DNA of 64,000 nt from Squalus acanthias. Lineage: Eukaryota. Made by a program: the position numbers and the translations under genes. This document shows positions 59,771 to 64,000 of this stretch, piece after piece. The DNA lies in the NCBI GenBank assembly GCA_030390025.1, contig CM059429.1:139934001-139998000 (forward strand). Reading direction: 5' to 3'. The first letter of the stretch is position 1, and the number at the start of each line of letters is the position of its first letter. The notes under the pieces were generated by a model. It ran no database searches and had not been told where the DNA came from. It saw only the letters and a list, made by a program, of their open reading frames with translations.

Positions 59771-62149
59771 AGCTTTCTGTCAGGTTGTGTCTCCAATTCC
59801 TTCTCTGGAGAAGTCCTATTGCCATGCGACACTCTTTACTGGTATCCCAACTGAAAGACAGCTCATAATTCAGACTGGAAGTTTCAAGTATTGGACAGCC
59901 CTGGGACTTGAATTTAGAATCACCGAGATGCAAACTTGTCAAATGAGCATTATAACGACTGCACTGTGAAACACAACTGACTGTTGGAATAAGTGGTTTG
60001 TGACAAATTGTAAGAAAATAGATTCTTCCAGGTGTACAAAGTGATAATAAACAGCTCTCAGTTTTATTAATCTGCCTCATTTAACAAATCATTTCAGTCT
60101 GTACGTGTATTTAATTAGTAAGTGCCCCTCTCAATCGGAGGCCTCTTTCTACAGGTAAGATAACGTACTTCAGGAACTAATCCTGTTTCACCTGAAGCTG
60201 ATATAAGGTGAACGTGTAGCATTGAAGAGATGGACATTGTTATATTTTCCCTACTTTGAGGTGCATTGCCAAAATTTTAGGAAGATGCTGTGCAGCCAGT
60301 CTGAGAATTAAGTGCTCAATCTTACTGTAGCCAGCTTATTTGAGAGGCAGATTGAATGACTCAACCTCTTGTCCTTCTGACAGAAAAGTCAATATTGAAA
60401 CTGCTAGGCTAGGCTGCTATGGTTGTATTAATGATAGTAAACATATAAGCATGTAATAAGACCCAGTCATCATGGCATAGGTCAGCTGGAGTTATCTCAA
60501 GGCAATAAGCTGACACTTATCTCAGAAATCACAGATTTCTGATGGATTTTAATGGTATTGGTACCAGAATTCTACTGATAGGCACCGAACATGTACCAGA
60601 TAATATTGGGCAGCTTAGTTCAGTGTCTATTCTCATATTTAGAAAATCTATTTTAAAATGTCTTTTATTTTAAATGTTGATTTTTATTTCCCCTTTCTAC
60701 TTTGAAATTATTTTTCCCCTCTGGGCCACACACAATTCCCAGGCTGAGAGAGAAGGCATTAAACCTGCTTCTAGATCTGCATGAGGATTGTATTCTGTGT
60801 CCCCTTTCTCTGGAAAGGTGCATCTCTTAGCTAACACAACTAATTTTGATATTTTGAACTAACCATATGGAGAATAATGATGGAAGAACTTCCAACTTAC
60901 TCTTCTGTGGTGTAGTGCATTGTTAATATTTACTTATTGATATTTATTTGCTGATATGGAAGAACAATAGATTGTTGTCTCATATAACATTTTGAGATTC
61001 AGTGTAGATTTTGGAATATAGGACCAAGCAAAATGTCTTCCTATGATATTTCCAAATTCCCAAAAGTAATGTTAAAGACAATTATATATTTTTTTAATTG
61101 ATTCAATATTAAAACATCGTATTAATGTAAAGAATAAGCAAAATACATTCTAATAATGGCAATTTTGTCCTTTGGCCTAATTGGCAATGAATGTGACTTG
61201 TATTTTCCTCCCATTTAAAACCAATTGATTGTTCTTGTGTATGCCAATTTCATACTGCCCAGAGCAACGCATGGTTTTACTTCTCTCACACTCTCCCATT
61301 GTTTTCAATTGGAGACACATTCTATATGTGTAATAAATCCTCGTTGCTTAAGACAGCCTTTTATGATGTCATAGAAAAAAACAGAAAAAATCATTGGGAA
61401 AATTTTGTACAAGTGCCAAAAGTTGAATAAAATGCAGTTTTCTCCTCAACCATGGATTGGAATTGATCCAACTTTGGCAGATTGATTTATTTTCATATTT
61501 TGATTCATCTTACTTAGTTACCTTATTCTGTTAGATGCTGTATTTTAGGAACAATCCATAATATTTGGTCTGGCCAACAGTATTCTGTTTTTTTTCAATC
61601 TGGTCTCCTAGGGCAGGGGCTCAGGCCCATAGCACAAAGCTGCATTCTAAAGCTACTACTGGCACTATATTATTTCAGTTTATTTCTGAGAGATGTTATA
61701 AGGAAAACAATGCCATCTCTCTCAGCCTGGGAATTGTGTGTGGCATAGAGGACCAAGTACTCTTCTTCTAGAGTAGAGCATAGTGGGGCTTCATTTTTAC
61801 ATTTAACCTGTGTCCTGTGAGAATATTTGATAATATCACTGATTATAAAGTTTAAGATCCTTCTTTCAGTTACTGTGCATATATGTACACTACCCCCTGT
61901 CCATCCCCAAATTATTGGCAAACCAGTCAGCCTGATGGATCATGTTTTTATAGTTAAATCTTAAGATATTAAAATAAAACTTTATTCTAGATGTACCATT
62001 ATTTATCATAATAATAACTCTGATGACTCAAACTTTAAATATATCTGACTGGCTTTAGCACCTCTCTGTTTTTACATAATTTTTAGATAAAATCCATGCC
62101 AAAGCCTAGGCTTTGGGAGTTTGAAAGTGCAGTTGTAAGTAACTTGGGG

Positions 62150-62655
62150 GGTGGGGGGAGTTTATTCCAGGGTTAGACTCAGCAGGATGTAGGATTGGAA
62201 GAGAGTAGGGGGATGTGGGTGGTGAGGAATACAAGGAAGTGGTTGGAGATGGCCTTGTCTGTAATCAAGACCATGGGAGTAGAGAGGCCACGTGAGATGG
62301 CAAAGTCAACGGGGGGTGGCCTTGAATATGAGAGTTTATATGGAGGACAGGAGAGCAGTGAAATCAGAGGAGGTAAAATGAGTTGAGATGTACATTGAAA
62401 TCACCAAAGATGAGTCATTCAGTGCAGAGACTGAAGGAGGAAAGAAGAGTGGCTATCTCATTGAGAAACTCGGGATGGGGATTGGTGGGGTTGATTGAGA
62501 ATGAGGATTTTAAAGGAGAGGCAAGAGTGTTGGAACAAGGTGAGGTGCTCGAATGAGGAGTTGGTATCAGAGGATTCGGGGGAGGGACCAAGGTGTGATT
62601 TAGTGAGAAGGGCTACACCACCACCATGATGGTTTGGGCAGGTCAGATGGTGGAG
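62150..62655 (-). mobile_element. L2 LINE fragment, APE endonuclease region
   Basis: Minus strand reads HLTCPNHHGGGVALL, SSFEHLTL, EFLNEIATLLSS and IFGDFNVHL. Confidence 0.75.
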
Positions 62656-62920
62656 GCTAATAGAGTTCTGCAGGTTCTGTTCTTAGTCCCTATTGTTCAC
62701 ACTATTCATAAACAATTTGACAAAAAAGTACTTCGTGTAATATTATAACATTTATTGATTATCTCATATATATTTTCAACTTGATATTAACAGCATTCAA
62801 AGTGATGAGAACAATTTGAACAGATGGGTTAGGGAATGGTGATAGATTTTCATATAAATATAAAGCAATGTGTATTGGAACAGGAAACAGCAAATGAAAC
62901 AATATCTGTTAGCCAGAGAT

Positions 62921-64000
62921 GGCCCTAGTATTTTGGGGGTTAACATTCAACTTCACATTGGAGGTGAGATTCAACTTCAGCAGTGGCACAGAACGGACAG
63001 TAGCCAATCGCCATGTCCGATTTTCCTTTCCATTGACCAATAAATTCAAATCAGTATCAAGTGACGTAATTACTCGTCAATGCCATTTATCAACTTCACC
63101 GCCTGGCTAACACCATTTCCTGCTCCCGCCCATCAACTATGGGTGGTACAGGTCCTCAGGCAACCATTTCCAAATACTGTTTCAAGGGATCCACAGCTAC
63201 TCTCACGTACAACTATATGGAGCTCTTGAAGACTTTTTTTATACAGTATTTTGTGTTCTTTTGACAAAAGATTTGAAAGTCCTTGTAGTTGCTACTACTA
63301 TTGTTAGGGGTTTCTAGCATTGTAGTTGTTTCTTCATGTGGGTCCATGTAAAAATCCCACTCTGAGAGGAGGAGCAGGGGGAAGGAGCCAGCAGCTAGAG
63401 GGAGATCAAATAGAAGGAGGCATGTGTGGAGGAATCCTTACCATCCTAGAACAACATACCTGCAGTTCTCTGAGGAATGATACATCAGAAGGCTTTGATT
63501 CTCTAGAGAAGCAGTGTGCGCTGTGTTCCATCTTGCAAGAAGACATACAGCCAACTGCTCCAGCCAGCACAGCAATGCTTGTTGCAGGAGCAGGAAGGTG
63601 GAGGTGGCTAGGAAAGCAAAAGAATGAGCTAAGCCTAAGGCCAGCTCACGTTCTAGCTCTGCTGAAGAGGACTGAGGTGCTGAAATCAAGGGCACAGCAC
63701 TTAAAAGAAAGATGATTTCTGTGCAGCAGCACTTGCTGAATGGGTTGGACTGCCTGCCAGGAAGCTTACACATGATGAATAGTATGGTGGAGTCCACTAC
63801 TCACTTCATGTGGGTCCAGCCTGATCCTCCTGGCTCCAAAAGAACGTTTACATTTTTTTGTTTTTTTTAAAAAGCTCACCTTTTGTTGGAGAACACCGAT
63901 GAATCCTGAACAGGGCAGGCCTGACTCCTACCCTGTTCACTGTCGACCAATTTCAGCGAGGGGACCTAAAACAAGCATTAGGCCCGTCATTTACGTATGG
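62921..64000 (+). mobile_element. Decayed Harbinger element with transposase N-terminus
   Basis: 63412-63586 reads RRRHVWRNPYHPRTTYLQFSEE*YIRRL*FSREAV/ALCSILQEDIQPTAPASTAMLVA, matching the HARBI1-like N-terminal pattern. Boundaries approximate. Confidence 0.7.

Noticed and set aside
59770-64000. Last coding exon of tbx15 (and exon 1 within 1-23400)
   Set aside because: No matching translation found (MSERRRS.../SSRAHAFSVEAL or GSTGTSP...). Both are presumed outside the window.

Overview
Eukaryotic (vertebrate) genomic DNA, not prokaryotic. The repeat content (L2 and CR1 LINEs, DeuSINE/SacSINE1-like SINEs, many PIF/Harbinger relics) points to a cartilaginous fish; the taxon is inferred. The window lies inside the T-box transcription factor gene tbx15 (+ strand). 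Six internal coding exons (23435-23660, 30178-30279, 33561-33732, 38116-38283, 41820-41884, 59516-59613) have canonical AG/GT ends and splice into one uninterrupted frame covering the whole T-box. The first and last coding exons are not in the window. The rest is intron with decayed retroposons and DNA transposons. I found no new enzymatic or defence system. The most notable observations are: (1) two ~850-bp Harbinger-type MITEs in opposite orientation bracketing exon 2, an arrangement associated with circRNA formation, exon skipping and A-to-I editing; (2) chains of hairpins, TGACAG clusters and splice signals inside those MITEs; (3) five separate fossils of two-gene (transposase + intron-containing Myb/SANT) Harbinger elements; (4) a CpG-retaining domain around exons 5-6 containing a 60/52-bp minisatellite; (5) a retroposon-donated poly(A) signal just after exon 7. 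Repeat family names come from recalled consensus motifs and repeat boundaries are approximate; exon boundaries were read base by base.
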